Below, piece by piece: positions 50,341 through 64,000 of a stretch of DNA of 64,000 nucleotides. Position numbers and translations under genes: made by a program. Position 1 is the stretch's first letter, and each line of letters begins with the position of its first letter. The notes below the pieces were generated by a model. That model was not told where the DNA came from and did no database searches. It saw only the letters and a program-made list of their open reading frames with translations. The stretch is from Octopus sinensis (lineage: Eukaryota). The stretch is from contig NC_042997.1 of the NCBI RefSeq assembly GCF_006345805.1, positions 211,110,001-211,174,000 of the forward strand, read 5' to 3'.

Positions 50341-50376
50341 CTTTAACATTTCGAGCCTACGCTCTTCCGCAGAAAG
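50341..50376 (-). ncRNA. Duplicate hammerhead-like motif with a perfect stem II
   Basis: CTTT-CTGCGGA-A-GAGC-GTAG-GCTC-GAAAT-GTT-AAAG. Confidence 0.6.
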
Positions 50377-50427
50377 GAACAAGGAGAGAAAATAAAGAAT
50401 ATGTAGTGGCTAGCGATCTATCATGGC

Positions 50428-50485
<58 letters not shown>

Positions 50486-50618
50486 CATTAAAAAATACAT
50501 TAGAGGCTTCCATCATAGGAAAGCCTTGTGCTAGAAAGAGCAGTAGCAACTCAAACCACTAATCTTTTTTTTGTACTAGGCCACTGGTAATAATAATTTC
50601 TATAATTCTTATTACACC

Positions 50619-50649
<31 letters not shown>

Positions 50650-53600
50650 TATGACTACTAGATCAGACATGACTTGCGCCTATTGTGTTAAAATATCCTA
50701 GTGTTCTTTTAGTTGAAATACTGCCATTGTATTTCCTTCCTGTTTCTATAACTACAGAAAGACTTCATTGCTGTTCCGAAGACACATTTGTTTTCATCAT
50801 TTATTGTGCCTTCACCCATACACACATGGTCGTAGCCCCCACCCCCCGCTACTTATGCGCGTGTCGTTGCTATTTTGGTCGTCTTTCATCGTCGCTTGCA
50901 CACACACACGCACGCAATATTGATACGGAATAGAACCAAAGTGTAACTAATATATATATATAGAGAGAGAGCACAGATAGTGTGTCTATAGCCAGCTGGA
51001 GGAGATATCTTCCTGGGGCTACAAACTACAGTAGCATCCACCCTTAGGGGTTAGCCATATTCAAATGGCAAATATGCGTCACGATATATATATATATATA
51101 TATATACGCACACACATACTGTATTTATTATTACAGACATGAAACAAACTGTATGCAACTATATATATATATATACATACATAGTAGAGGGAACCACTAT
51201 GTGGACACCCTTATGCTAGAAATAGATCCGCTATGGTCTTACCACTAAGAATGTTCTCTAGAAAAATTAGCAAAACAACCGAAACGTAATTGAGCTAAAC
51301 ATTTCTTAGTGGTAAGACCATAGCGGATCTATTTCTAGCATAAGGGTGTCCACATAGTGGTTTCCCTCTAATATGTATATAATGCAATTTTACTGAACTT
51401 TCAGTTTTTTTTATATGCTAGACCACTGGTGTGAAACCGATGTTAATTAAATTAATATCTAATTTCTTACCCTCATTTTAAATTTATATATATATATACT
51501 AGCAGTATCGCCCGGCGTTGCTCGGGTTTGTAAGGGAAATAACTATATAAGCATCTTTAGAGAGTTATAGCCAAAAAGTAGCAAAAATATGCATTAAAAA
51601 TGGAAAAAAATGATGGTAAATTTTTTTTTAAAATCGTTGACTCATCGTAGACATTTTTAGAGAGTTACTTCCCTTATATAATAGCGAAAAAATGCATTAA
51701 AATGGAAAAAATGATGGTAAATTTTTTTTTAAATCGTAGACTCATCGTAGACGCGCGCTAATACCCAGAAGGGCTCGATATGAATCACGACTATAAGATA
51801 CCCGGTTTTGGTTGAACTGCACCGCAATATGTGGGAGTAGTTAGGAATCTAAATCGTAGGAGACAGACACACAACTTCACTTTTATGTATAAAGATATAT
51901 ATATCTCAACATAGAAAGAAAATGCGAGAGGGACAGGTTTTATTACAGACTGGAACCAAAGTGTGTGTGTGTGTGTGTGTGTGTGTGTATTAGAAGAGAG
52001 TAATATAAACACACACACAATGGTTTTTATTGCAGATTGAAATCCAAATGTCTGTAGCTGTGTGTTTTAATTTTCTTGTAATATTTCCCATTTCCCACCA
52101 AACCGGTCCAAACATCCGACACACACACACACACACGATATTCGTTTTTTTTTTTTATATCGTCTCGGCTCTAGAACCTTCTACCAGCCTACACATACAC
52201 ACAAATACACGGTGCTACTGGCGAACAGAGGTCCCGGTGCGCACACGCGCAGTCGCGCATCCGCGCCAGCTAGCCGTGACTAGTCGATCCTACAACGACT
52301 ACCGAGCAAAGTAAACACAAAAACACAAAGTAAATAATTTTTTAAACAAAGTAATTAACACAAAAACACAAAGTATGGATCGATTAGTCACGACTTGTTG
52401 GCGCGGATGCGCGTGTACCCGAGAGCGCGCATCGGGACCACTGTTCTCAAGTAGTACCCAAATATATTTATATATTTATATAAAACTCCACGTACTCGTT
52501 TTTTTTTTTGTTACACACGTTTAAATACTGCTCTCCCCCCCCCACTCTCTATGTATGTATGTATGTATGTGCGCGCGCGCATGTATATAGATAAAGAGAG
52601 AGAGAGAGATAATTGTTAGTAATTTCTCATTTTGCTCCCCCCCGCCCCAACCTCGACCCCTTCCGTGGGCTCTGTTGCCTTCTAATATATTCCTTCTATC
52701 TTAAAATGTTTCCCATAGAATGCTTTACCTTATTCTATTTACTCAATCTCATCGCACCTGTATTTACGTAATTGATTCCCGTCTCTTCTACCTGCCAATA
52801 CTCGGTGTTTTATTTTAAATCTTCTCATCCAACTTACATAATAATGCGTCTTGTGTACGAAACGTTCTTGACTTTATTATTATTATTATTATTATTATTA
52901 TTGTGTGACAATCACTAATGCTGTTGTTCAATTGCTTTCGTTAATAAACAATAATCCATACCGGAATGATTAAGGAATTAAGTGATCGTTAATCCTATTT
53001 CCGTGTTTGCTTACTCATATCAGTTGTTGTTGCTGTTGTTTGATTAAACTGTTTATAGCCTCAAGTCAGTGTTTTCCTAAATAGAAACTGATGTAATTCG
53101 ACCGCAAGCATCAAAATAAATGTTTTATCAGCTGTGTTTTCATTTAGTTCCAACTGATAACAACAACAATAACGATAACAATAATGATAATAATAATAAT
53201 AATAATAATAGAATGATTATTTTCCATTGTAAAGGTCAGAACTAATTTCCTTATAAATAATTTATCTTTTCATTGTTTTTCTGATTATATATACACATAT
53301 ATACACACATATACACATGCATACATATGTATGTATTGCACTGCTGTACTCAAGAAGGCCTGTGCACCCCCAGCACAATTGATAACGGTGCTGGTGTCAC
53401 GTGAAAGGCACTCGTGTTGGTGTCACATTAAAAGTGCTAATTAACAGTCTCTGGAGTGGTTGGTGTTAGGAAAGGCATCTAGCGGTAGAAACCAACCCAG
53501 AAGAGACAACGGAGGCAGGTGAGGCCCCTGGCCTTACTGGCTCTGGTCAAACTATCCAAAGCATGCCAGCATGGAAAGCGAGCATTCTGTGATGCTGAGG

Positions 53601-56600
53601 ATGTGTGCATGTATACATACAGGTACCTCCATGCATATACTTGTGTGTGGGTTTTGTTTTGAATATGATTTCTATCAGCAACAAAAGCTCCCTTTCTCAG
53701 TGCAGGACTGGTATCCTGGATTGGAATAATTTAGTGACCTAGGGCAGTGCTGCTTTTTTTTTTTTTGGCCAGTGTGCCAGGGAGCAGTAATATTTCTTAG
53801 TAATATTGACCTTTGAAGTTATGATGTGATTGAGAAGACCTGGCAACTAAAGTGAGATCGCAGCCACGCATGTCCGGCCCTGTTAAGAATAACCCTGATG
53901 CATTGAGCGATATGATTTGCTTGAGAAGACCAATTGAGTCAAGAAAAACCAATATTGTAGCTGTGGCCAGTGACCCCTGACTGGCTCCAATGCGGGTGGC
54001 ATGTAAAAAGCACCCACTACACTCTCAGAGTGGTTGGCATAGGAAGGGCTTCCAGCTGTTGAAACATTGCCAGATCAGACTGGAGCCTGGTGCAGCTGCT
54101 GGCTCTCCAGACCTCACTCAAACCATCCAACCCATGCCAGCATGGAAAACAGACATTAAACGATGATGATGATGATGAATATATGTAATGAATATTATAA
54201 AAGTTGACAATTTTTTTTTATCTTGTATTTATTTTGTAAACAAATAATACAATCTTACACAAACATTTTATTATGTTTCTTTTCTGGAAAGTCGATGCAT
54301 ACCGGCAGCTGATGGCTCGCAGACCGGCACGAGTCTATGGACCACTGTTTTGAGTAGCACCGACCTAGGGTATAGTCACAGCTGACTGATAAACTATATC
54401 ACCAGCTGTGGGGAGAACTTTTCAAAATGTTAACTTCTCAGCTTCATAATTATTACTAAGGTTGGCTTGCGAAGACATGTTGGGGCAAGCGAAATCGAAA
54501 TCGAATTGAACCAGCCAGGATCCCTGATCTGGTGGTACGTAAAAAGCACTATCCGACTCGTGGCCGATGCCAGCGCTGCCTTGACTGGCTTCCGTGCTGG
54601 TGGCACATAAAATACTCCAATCCGACCGTGGCCGTTGCCAGCCTCGCCTGGCACCTGTGCAGATGGCACGTAAAAAGCTCCCACTACACTCACGGAGTGG
54701 TTGGCGTTAGGAAGGGCATCCAGCTGTAGAAACACTGCCAGATAAGACTGGAGCCTGGTGCAGCCTTCTGGCTTCCCAGATCCCCGGTCGAACCGTCCAA
54801 CCCATGCTAGCATGGAGAACGGACGTTAAACGATGATGATGATGTTGCTTTTGTCTTTCATCCTTCTAGGAATGATGAAATAAGTCCTTGTCAAATCATC
54901 ATCATCATCACTTAGCATCCGTTTTCCATGCTGGCATGGGTTGGACGGATTGACTGAAAACTGGTAAGCCGGTGGGGTCTGCACCAGGTTCCAATCTGAT
55001 TTGGCAAGGTTTCTATGGCTAGATGCCCTCCCTAACACCAACCACTCTGAGGGTGTAGTGGGTGCTTTTTACGTGCCACTGGCATGAGTGCCATTGACCT
55101 GACACTGGCATCGGCCACAACTATGCAACTACGGTCTCACTTGGCTTGACGCATCAGCACAAGCACAGTGTATCATCACCCGTCACTGCCTCCATGAGGT
55201 GCAATGCTCGAATGGTGCCTTTTATGTGCCACTGGCAGAGGTGCCAGTCAGATGGCACTGGCATCGGTCACGACTATGATTTTAATATTGAGTGTAAATT
55301 GAAGTGATTATTCTTTCTCCTAATTTCAATGGGATAATGCAGTGGTTTTTGTCTATGGACCCCTAAAATTCCTAATTTACTTGGGTGTGGCCCCTCATAA
55401 CCATTTGACATTTGAAAAAAATTCCAGCATATTTTTATAATTAAATATTAGGAATTGCATAAAAAAATTAAGATAGGTGCAGGAGTGGGTGTGTGGTAAG
55501 AAGCTTATTTCCCAACCTCATGGTTCTGGGTTCAGTCCCACTGTGTGGCACCTTGGGCTAGTGTCTTCTACTATAACCTCAGGCTGACCAAAGCCTTGTG
55601 AGTGGATTTGGTAGATGGGAACTGAAAGAAGCTTATCATCATCATCATCGTTTAACATCCGTTTTCCATGCTGGCATGGGTTGGATGGTTCGACCGGGGA
55701 TCTGGGAAACTAGGCTCCAGTCTGATCTGGCAGTGTTTCTACAGCTGGATGCCCTTCCTAACGCCAACCACTCCGTGAGTGTAGTGGGTGCTTTTTACGT
55801 GCCACTGGCACAGGAGCCAGGCGAGGCTGGCAACGGCCACAATTGGTTGGTGCTTTTTACATGCCACCGGCACTGGTATCACAACTACAATTTTCATTGA
55901 TTTTTTTTATATACACGTATATATTTTATGTGTGTCTGTGCTTGTCTCTCTCACCATTGCTTCACAACCAATGTTGATGTACTTGCGTCCTCATAACTTA
56001 GTGGTTTGGCAAAAGAGACCGATAGAATAAGTACTAGGTTTACAAAGAATAAGTCCTGGGGTCGATTTGTTCGACTAAAGGCAGTGCTCCAGCATGGCCG
56101 CAGTCAAATGACTGAAACAAGTAAAAGAATAAAAGAATAATAGAAACACATTTGGTGCATTGAAGAAGTACAAGCAATTTTGTTGCAGATAAATTTTACC
56201 AAAAAAATCTTCTGTGGACCTTTGAAGGGTCATATGGACGGACCCCAGTTGAGCAAAATTGGGATAGAAGTAAACAAGTCAACCACCAGGATGGCTTGTT
56301 GCTGTAGCATGGTCTGGAGAAGGCTTTTCATGAAGTACCGTAACGTATCACAAGCTACATGCGTCTTGCGAAAGGTCTTCTCCAGATCTGGGAGTCACTA
56401 TGGAAACCTGATTTAGGCCAGGAGACCCTTCCACTTCATGGAATCGTTGACAATTTATCCCCCACACACTCCCCTCTTGTAAAATTTTTAAATAAAATTA
56501 AAAACTATACTCTTACTCTTTTACTTGTTTCAGTCATTTGACTGCAGCCATGCTGGAGCACCGCCTTTAGTCGAGCAAATCAACCCCAGGACTTATTCTT

Positions 56601-57109
56601 TGTGAGCCCAGTACTTATTCTGTCGGTTTCTTTTGCCGAACTGCTAAGTTTCGGGGACATAAACACACCAGCATTAGTTGTCAAGTGATATTGAGGGGAC
56701 AAACACAGACACACAACGACGGGCTTCCTTCAGTTTCCACCCACCAAATCCACTCACAAGGCTTTGGTCAGCCTGAGGCTATAGAAGAAGACACTTGCCC
56801 AAGGTGCCACACAGTGGGACTGAACCCGGAACCATGTGGTTGGTAAGCAAGGCTACTTACCACACAGCCACTCCTGCACCTGTAGTGAATAAAAATTTCC
56901 TTGATTTAAAAATACTTCCAGCATATTTTTATGGTGTTATTTTTTCGAAAAGAAATATTTAAAGAAACTTAATGAAAACACTTAATGAAATTGATATCAA
57001 TCAATATTCAGTCAATTATATTGATATAGTTGGAATATTTTATATAAATAATGTGTTTGGTGAATACTAGTTACCATTGCATTGGTATCTGGCTGGGAAT
57101 TCATATATA

Positions 57110-57655
57110 TCATCATCATCGTTTAACGTCCGTTCTCTATGCTAGCATGGGTTGGACGGTTCGACCGGGGATCTGGGAAGCCAGAAGGCTGCACCAGGCT
57201 CCAGTCTTATCTGGCAGTGTTTCTACAGCTGGATGCCCTTCCTAACGCCAACCACTCCGTGAGTGTAGTGGGTGCTTTTTACGTGCCACCTGCACAGGTG
57301 CCAGGCGAGGCTGGCAACGGCCACGGTCGGATTGGTGTATTTTATGTGCCACCGGCACGGAAGCCAGTCGAGGCGGCGCTGGCATCGGCCACGAGTCGGA
57401 TAGTGCTTTTTACGTACCACCAGACCAGGGATCCTGGCTGGTTCAATTCGATTTCGATTTCGCTTGCCCCAACATGTCTTCACAAGCAAAGGGGGTTGGC
57501 ATGGTGCCTGTCGTACGGTCGGATTGGAGTATTTTACGTGCCACCGGCACGGAAGCCAGTGGAGGCGGTGCTGGCATCGGCCACGAGTCGGATAGTGCTT
57601 TTTACGTACCACCAGACCAGGGATCCTGGCTGGTTCAATTCGGTTTCGATTTCGA
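57110..57655 (-). mobile_element. Young RTE tail element with an internal ~150-bp duplication
   Basis: 57110-57483 is a near-identical reverse complement of 54480-54845; the module cggattgg..gccacc..cacgagtcggatagtgc..gggatcctggctggttcaattcg occurs twice. Confidence 0.85.
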
Positions 57656-57656
57656 T

Positions 57657-57688
<32 letters not shown>

Positions 57689-58324
57689 CACACACACACA
57701 CACATATACATATATACACATAGATTTTCCTGTACACGTGAGACACAAACCCACATCTCTTTATTTCCACAAGTGTGCTAGCCAACTGCACCAATGTACA
57801 ACCTTGCTTCTCTCTGTTAGATTTAAGAACTCTAATTCGTTCATAGTGTTGTTTTTGTAAACAAACTTTCAGGTGGTTTTACTGTGATGGTCTTTGTTAA
57901 GCGGCATCGATGTTCTGTAAATAATAATAATAATAAAGTAAAACCTATTGAGTCGAGTAATATCGCTGTTGTGGCTTATGTCAGTGCCGCCTGACTGGCT
58001 CCCATGCTGGTGGCACGTAAAAGGCACCCACTACACTATTGGAGTGATTGGTGTTAGGAAGGGCACCCAGTTGTAGAAACCATGCCAAATCAGATTGGGG
58101 CCTGGTATAACCTCCTGGCTTGTCAGTCCTAAGTCAAACTGTCCAACCCATGCCAGTTTGGAAAGCGGAGGCTAAATGAAGATAATTAAAGATTATAAGC
58201 AATCACCGTGCAATGACTAAAGAAAATAGTCTGATAATGGGGCTTATAAGCCATTGATGGTAAAAAGTAGGTTTTCCCGTATGTGTGGGATCATCACAGT
58301 AAAAGCACATATATTTTTATACAC

Positions 58325-58450
58325 GCACACACACATACATACGTGCATGCATACATACATACATACATACGTACATGCATACATACATGCATACATACAT
58401 CATACATACATACATACATACATACATACACACATATGTACGTACGTATG
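58325..58450. repeat. (TACA)n microsatellite
   Basis: Direct reading. Confidence 0.95.
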
Positions 58451-59344
58451 ATCCAGGTGTAGGAAGAAAGTCAGCTTCAAGCAGTCTGAAGTAAATAGAA
58501 AAAAAACAACTTTCAGAGACAAGAGTGGTTTATTGAGATGGAAGGGTGCAGGTTTTTTTTTCATATTGAAGTATGATAAACAGTAAAAAGTTCATTTTAT
58601 ATTTCCCGATAGGTGGCCATGGTTGCTGGGTGTGCAAATATGAACAACCCTCCATGTGTTAACATGTACCTCCTTATTACAATGTAAACATTTATTCAAT
58701 CAAGATATCCTTCACTTGAAGAGTAGCCTGTGGTACTCACCTCTCTTGGGTATTTATCACTTCTGAGGTTCCGTTCACTATGGAACATATGTAGCCCAAA
58801 TCTTATCTACTCTGCTCCTTAACTCTTCATCATCATCGTCATCATCGTTTAACATCCGCTTTCCATGCTGGCATGGGTTGGACGGTTTGATTGAGGGCTG
58901 GCGATCCAGAAGGCTGCACCGGGCTCCAGTCTGATCTGGCAGAGTTTCTACAGCTGGATCCCCTTCCTAATGCCAACTACTCCGAGAGTGTATATATAAC
59001 TCTTGTATATGTACATATATCACGTGATCACTTGACCGACCAGGCTATCAGATGTTGCTACACATCGCTGTTCACAATGTGCTTCGCATTGTTTTAGCCT
59101 TCAAATGACGCTACCCCGCTGGCTAAGCGAGCAGGCCAACAGAAGAAAGAGTGAGAGAAAGTTGTGGTGAAAGAGTACAGCAGGGCTCGCCACCCCCTGC
59201 CGGAGCCTCGTGGAGCTTTAGGTGTTTTTGCTCAATAAACACTCACAACGCCCAGTCTGGGAATCGAAACAGCGATCCTACGACTGCGAGTCCGCTGCCC
59301 TAACCACTGGGCATTGCACCTCCATATACACACACATATATATA

Positions 59345-59384
<40 letters not shown>

Positions 59385-60589
59385 GTACGTATACACACAC
59401 CAAATAAATGAGTAACAATTAAAGGACAGGTGTCAGTCCATTACAGCCATTTCTAACGAATTTTTTAATTGATTAACGAGTATATTATATCATTACAAAA
59501 ACTATTTTCTTCAGATGACTGCAGGAATCTTACAATGAAGGACGTTTAAAATAATTTTTAAAAGATCATTTAAAAACCACAGCGACATACATATTCAGTG
59601 ATTCTGCTACTAGTGTAGTTGCAATTAGCTCTGAATAGTAGCTGAAGAGCAGATTATATAATCAATTGGGTTAAGTTGACTGCATACATTACCTGAATAT
59701 CATTCTGTCAGTACTTCCGTACCGAGGGAGTCATATAAAAATTGTTGTGTGTGCATTTCATTCTGACCTAACTAGGTACCTCAACTTTAAGTACCTTATT
59801 CAACTAAATCTTGTTTGGAGTGGCTGTGTGGTAAGAAGCTTGCTTCCCAACCACATGGTTCTAGGTTCAGTTCCACTATGTGGCACCCTAGGCAAGTGTC
59901 TTCTTCTATAGCCTTGGGCCAATCAAAGCCTTGTAAGTGGATTTGGTAGACAGAAACTGAAAGAAGCCTGTTGTATGTATAGGTCCACCTGACTGGCTCC
60001 TGTGCCGGTGGCACTTAAAAAGCACCATTTGAACGTGTTCATTGCCAGGCCCGCCTTACTGGCTCTTGTACCATACTAACGTGATTGTTGCCTGTTCTGC
60101 CTAACTGGCTCCCGTGCCAGTGGCACATAAAAAGAACCATAGGAACGTGATTGTTGCCAGACCTGCCTTACTGGCCCCTGTGCTAGTGGCACGTAAAAGC
60201 ACCCACTACACTCTTGAAGTGGTTGGCGTTAGGAAGGGCATCCAGCTGTAGAAACTCTGCCAGAACAGATTGGAGCCTGGTGCAGCCACTGGCTCTCCAG
60301 ACCTCAGTCAAATCATCAAACTCATGCCAGCATGGAAAGTGGACGTTAATCGATGATGATGTGTGTGTGTGTCTGTGTTTGTTCTCCCACCATCACTTGA
60401 CAACTGATGTTGGTGTGTTTACGTCCCCGTAACTTAGCGGTTCGGCAAAAGAGACCGATAGAATAAGTACTAGGCTTACAAAGAATAAGTCCTGGGGTTG
60501 ATTTGCTCGGCTAAAGGCAGTGCTCCAGCATGACCACAGTCAAATGACTGAAACAAGTAAAAGAGTATCTGTACACACTCGCATCTGCC

Positions 60590-61030
60590 CCATCTCGCAT
60601 CTTATCCCTGTTAAGTCATTCCTCTCTTTCATCTTCCTAAAACCCATTTGTTTGTCACTCTTCTAACTATGGCACTATTCACCTTCTGTACTCCTATGTG
60701 AGCAGAATCTGCACATATTCCATCCTACCTTTTGTGCTGCCAGTTATCCCTCTCTTGGAACCACTTCATTTGACATCCATCCATCATTCTCAATAGCATC
60801 ACTTCTCACATTATTTTCCACTGATGACCCCTTTTCTGTGCCACAAATTATTTCTCCTGAGCTACAATGTCTTATCTCATCCTTAGTACCTTCTTTTTTT
60901 CTGCTCATCATTCTCAACATCTTGTACCATGAGGATATTTCTGACATCTCATCACTGCCATCCTTATCTCTCTTCCTAGCTACTCTTATCCAACTTTATA
61001 TAATGTGGGGTAGCTGTGTACCTGCTCTAT
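60590..61030 (-). pseudogene. Highly degenerate RTE-like ORF C-terminal remnant
   Basis: ORF 60744..60947(-) SWYKMLRMM..GEIICGTEKG..VENNV..DAIENDGW loosely follows the RTE 'WxGHVLR..G.R.RGRP..W..D' region. Confidence 0.4.
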
Positions 61031-62251
61031 AGCAACATGCTTGTTCCTGTGCCGCTATCAAACTTTGGCCTGTTCGCATCTGGTATAGAGCCCCCACTCA
61101 CTTGAGAGAGCCTTTCCTTTGTCTTGTTAGTTACTTGGTGGACTCTACGAGTTTCAGTACCAAGAAAAACATCCAGTATATGCTGCCAAGAGATTGGCAC
61201 TAGGAAGGGCATCAGGCATCTGACCATCCACCCCTGGGTAGCAGTAGCTTTTCCTTTCTTTCACACCCTTCATTGCTCTCTCTACAATACTTGTTTCTTT
61301 ATTACCCACAAGGGGCTAAACACAGAGGGGTCAAACAAGGACAGACATGGGTATTAAGTCGATTACATCGACCCCAGTGCGTAACTGGTACTTAATTTAT
61401 CGACCCCGAAAGGATGAAAGGCAGAGTCGACCTCGGCGGAATTTGAACTTGGAACGTAACGACGGACGAAATACCGCTAAGCATTTCGCCCGGCGTGCTA
61501 ACGTTTCTGCCAGCTCGCCACCTCTCTTTACAATACTGCTGCCATCTTGCATGGCTATTTCTGCTGTTGGCTTCACATGTGATGGATCCTTTTGTTATTT
61601 TCCTCATTCAACATCCTCTCAATAACACATCCATGTCTCTTTATTCTTTCTTTTCTGTAACATTAAGGCAAAATGTTCCACCATCGTTCCGAATACACGT
61701 CTCAACGACATCTCGGCTTTCTCTGGCACACTCTCATAAAATAACACAACACTCTCCACCTCTCATTCCCATAATCCTCATATCCCAGAGCATCTACGAA
61801 CCCCTTACTTTCTGATTCTTCTCCAGCTAAGTATACCTGCTGGCCATTTTCTCTTCTAATGGCTTCATTATACACTCTTACTCATTTATACACTCACTCT
61901 GCCTGTCTGTCTGTCTGTCTCTCGCTCTCTCTATACACACGCACACACACATACACAATATATATGTATATGTATCAAGAAGACTGATACCACACAGCAG
62001 AAGCATTAAGGCCCCCACATCCCCTGGTGAATGTCCTGTGCTGGTCCCCACATAAAAAGTACTTGAGCTGGTGCCACATAGAAGTGCCATGTTAAAAGCC
62101 CCCAGCCACTTTCTGTAAAGTGGTTGGCATTAGGAAGAGCATTCAACTGTAGAAACCATGCCAAATTACTAACCAAACTGGAATCTGGTGCAGCTTTCCA
62201 ATATATACACACATACATACATTATACATACAATTGTGTATGTATATATAT

Positions 62252-62287
<36 letters not shown>

Positions 62288-62305
62288 ATATAATATATTA
62301 TATAT

Positions 62306-62642
62306 GTTATATTTCGGAATGGTCATATTGCCAGTTTAGCCAATAAAAACACACGCACTATATATTTGGTGTTATTTTGCTTCAGTGATATTTATTTTTT
62401 ACATTAATCTTAATCTTATTTCGGCAAAATACAAAATGGCTGACGGTTAGTAAGGAGAGACACAAGTAAGTGAGAAGAAAACAAAGGACCACTGATGCGG
62501 TCACAGAGTGTGACGAAAAACTTTGGCCGAATAAGATTAAGATTAATGTAAAAAATAAATTCACTGAAGCAAAATAACACCAAATATATAGTGCGTGTGT
62601 TTTTATTGGCTAAACTGGCAATATGACCTTCCGAAATATAAC
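62306..62642. mobile_element. Hairpin MITE with ~120-bp TIRs in a (TA)n tract
   Basis: gttatatttcggaa.ggtcatattgccagtttagccaataaaaacacacgcactatatatttggtgttattttgcttcagtga..cttaatcttatt pairs with 62527-62642. Confidence 0.9.
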
Positions 62643-62758
62643 AATATCTGTTTTCAACACACGACTTCACATAAAAATCTTGCACAACAAATATTTAAAC
62701 GTAATAATATATATATATATATATATAATAAAATATATATATATATATAATATATATA

Positions 62759-62797
<39 letters not shown>

Positions 62798-63092
62798 TAT
62801 AATATAATATATATATTTTCATTATTTTATATCTGCTTCTCTGGGTTGGTCAGTTTCTTTTGCACTCATTTTTTTTTTCAATTCAGTTTTTATTGGCTCA
62901 AAAAGCAAAAGCAAGGACATGGAGCTATGTACAGGGAGGGTGGTCATACAAAGAGTTCAGGCCATTTCTGGTCAAGAGAGACTTTGAACTGAGCATTTGT
63001 CGGCATCATTTCTTTTCTCACTAATGATTGAGAGAAAACTGCTGATTTCTATTGTGTATGAGATGGTTTTTATAGCTAGTTAGATGCCCTTC

Positions 63093-64000
63093 CACTTTAC
63101 AGCAAGGATTGGGTGCATCTTACAGCAAGGACTGGGTGCACTTTACCAACCACTTTACAGAAAGGACTGGGTGCATCTTACAGCAAGGACTGCATGCACT
63201 TTACCAACGGCTTTAATGTAAGGACTTGGTGCATCTTACAGCAAGGACTGGGTGCACTTTACTAACCACTTTACAGCAAGGACTGGGTGCACTTTACCAA
63301 CCACTTTACAGAAAGGACTGGGTGCATCTTACAGCAAGGACTGCATGCACTTTACCAACTGCTTTAATGTAAGGACTGGGTGCATCTTACAGCAAGGACT
63401 GGGTGCACTTTACCAACCACTTTACAGCAAGGACTGGGTGCATTTTAACCAACCACTTTACAGCAAGGACTGGGTGCACTTTACCAACCACTTTACAGCA
63501 AGGACTGGGTGCACTTTACCAACCACTTTACAGCAAGGACTGGGTGCACTTTACCAACCACTTTACAGCAAGGACTGGGTGCACTTTACCAACCACTTTA
63601 CAGCAAGGACTGGGTGCACTTTACCAACTACTTTACAGCAAGGACTGGGTGCACTTTACCAACCACTTTACAGCAAGGACTGGGTGCACTTTACCAACCA
63701 CTTTACAGCAAGGACTGGGTGCACTTTACCAACCACTTTACAGCAAGGACTGGATGCACTTTACCAACCACTTTACAGCAAGGACTGGGTGCACTTTACC
63801 AACCACTTTACAGCAAGGACTGGGTGCACTTTACCAACTACTTTACAGCAAGGACTGGGTGCACTTTACCAACCACTTTACAGCAAGGACTGGGTGCACT
63901 TTACCAACCACTTTACAGCAAGGACTGGGTGCACTTTACCAACTACTTTACAGCAAGGACTGGGTGCACTTTACCAACCACTTTACAGCAAGGACTGGGT
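63093..64000. repeat. 35-bp minisatellite/satellite running off the window end
   Basis: Unit ctttacagcaaggactgggtgcactttaccaacca, homogeneous from ~63460; the proximal part alternates 23- and 35-bp variants. Confidence 0.97.

Larger units (their letters stand above)
37989..57002 (+). repeat. Segmental duplication copy B (~19.0 kb)
   Basis: Colinear with 13214-32304; offset ~24.8 kb. Confidence 0.95.

Noticed and set aside
58590-58830. Splice-like signals (tag|GTGG acceptor on +, gag|GTGAGT donor on -)
   Set aside because: No matching partner sites or recognisable coding frame; cannot be supported without RNA data.
63093-64000. CRISPR-sized 35-bp repeat
   Set aside because: Contiguous tandem units without spacers.

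Overview
Eukaryotic, AT-rich, repeat-saturated non-coding DNA, very probably octopus (inference from the tRNA-derived SINE families, RTE LINEs with (GAT)n tails, and dense TA/CA/AAT/CAT microsatellites, recognised from memory). I found no intact host gene; nearly all listed ORFs are transposon remnants or repeat artefacts. Main structures: (1) a ~19-kb block present twice in direct orientation (13214-32304 and 37989-57002), whose left breakpoint lies in an AT-rich palindrome; (2) a 1.8-kb non-autonomous DNA transposon (7712-9508) with CAC-starting, RSS-heptamer-like 19-bp TIRs and a 5-bp TSD (Transib/RAG-like signature) that splits an RTE endonuclease; (3) an RTE family whose RT carries a PHD-type C4HC3 finger and whose 3' UTR is a modular, tandemly re-copied array that seeds minisatellites, including the 35-bp array at the window end; (4) a degenerate RTE-BovB-like LINE ending in about six C2H2 fingers; (5) Penelope-type minimal hammerhead-like motifs (3319-3370; 25521-25556 and its duplicate 50341-50376); (6) mariner remnants, non-autonomous Helitrons, several hairpin MITEs and three SINE families. 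All alignments and folds were done by eye, so boundaries of degenerate elements are approximate.
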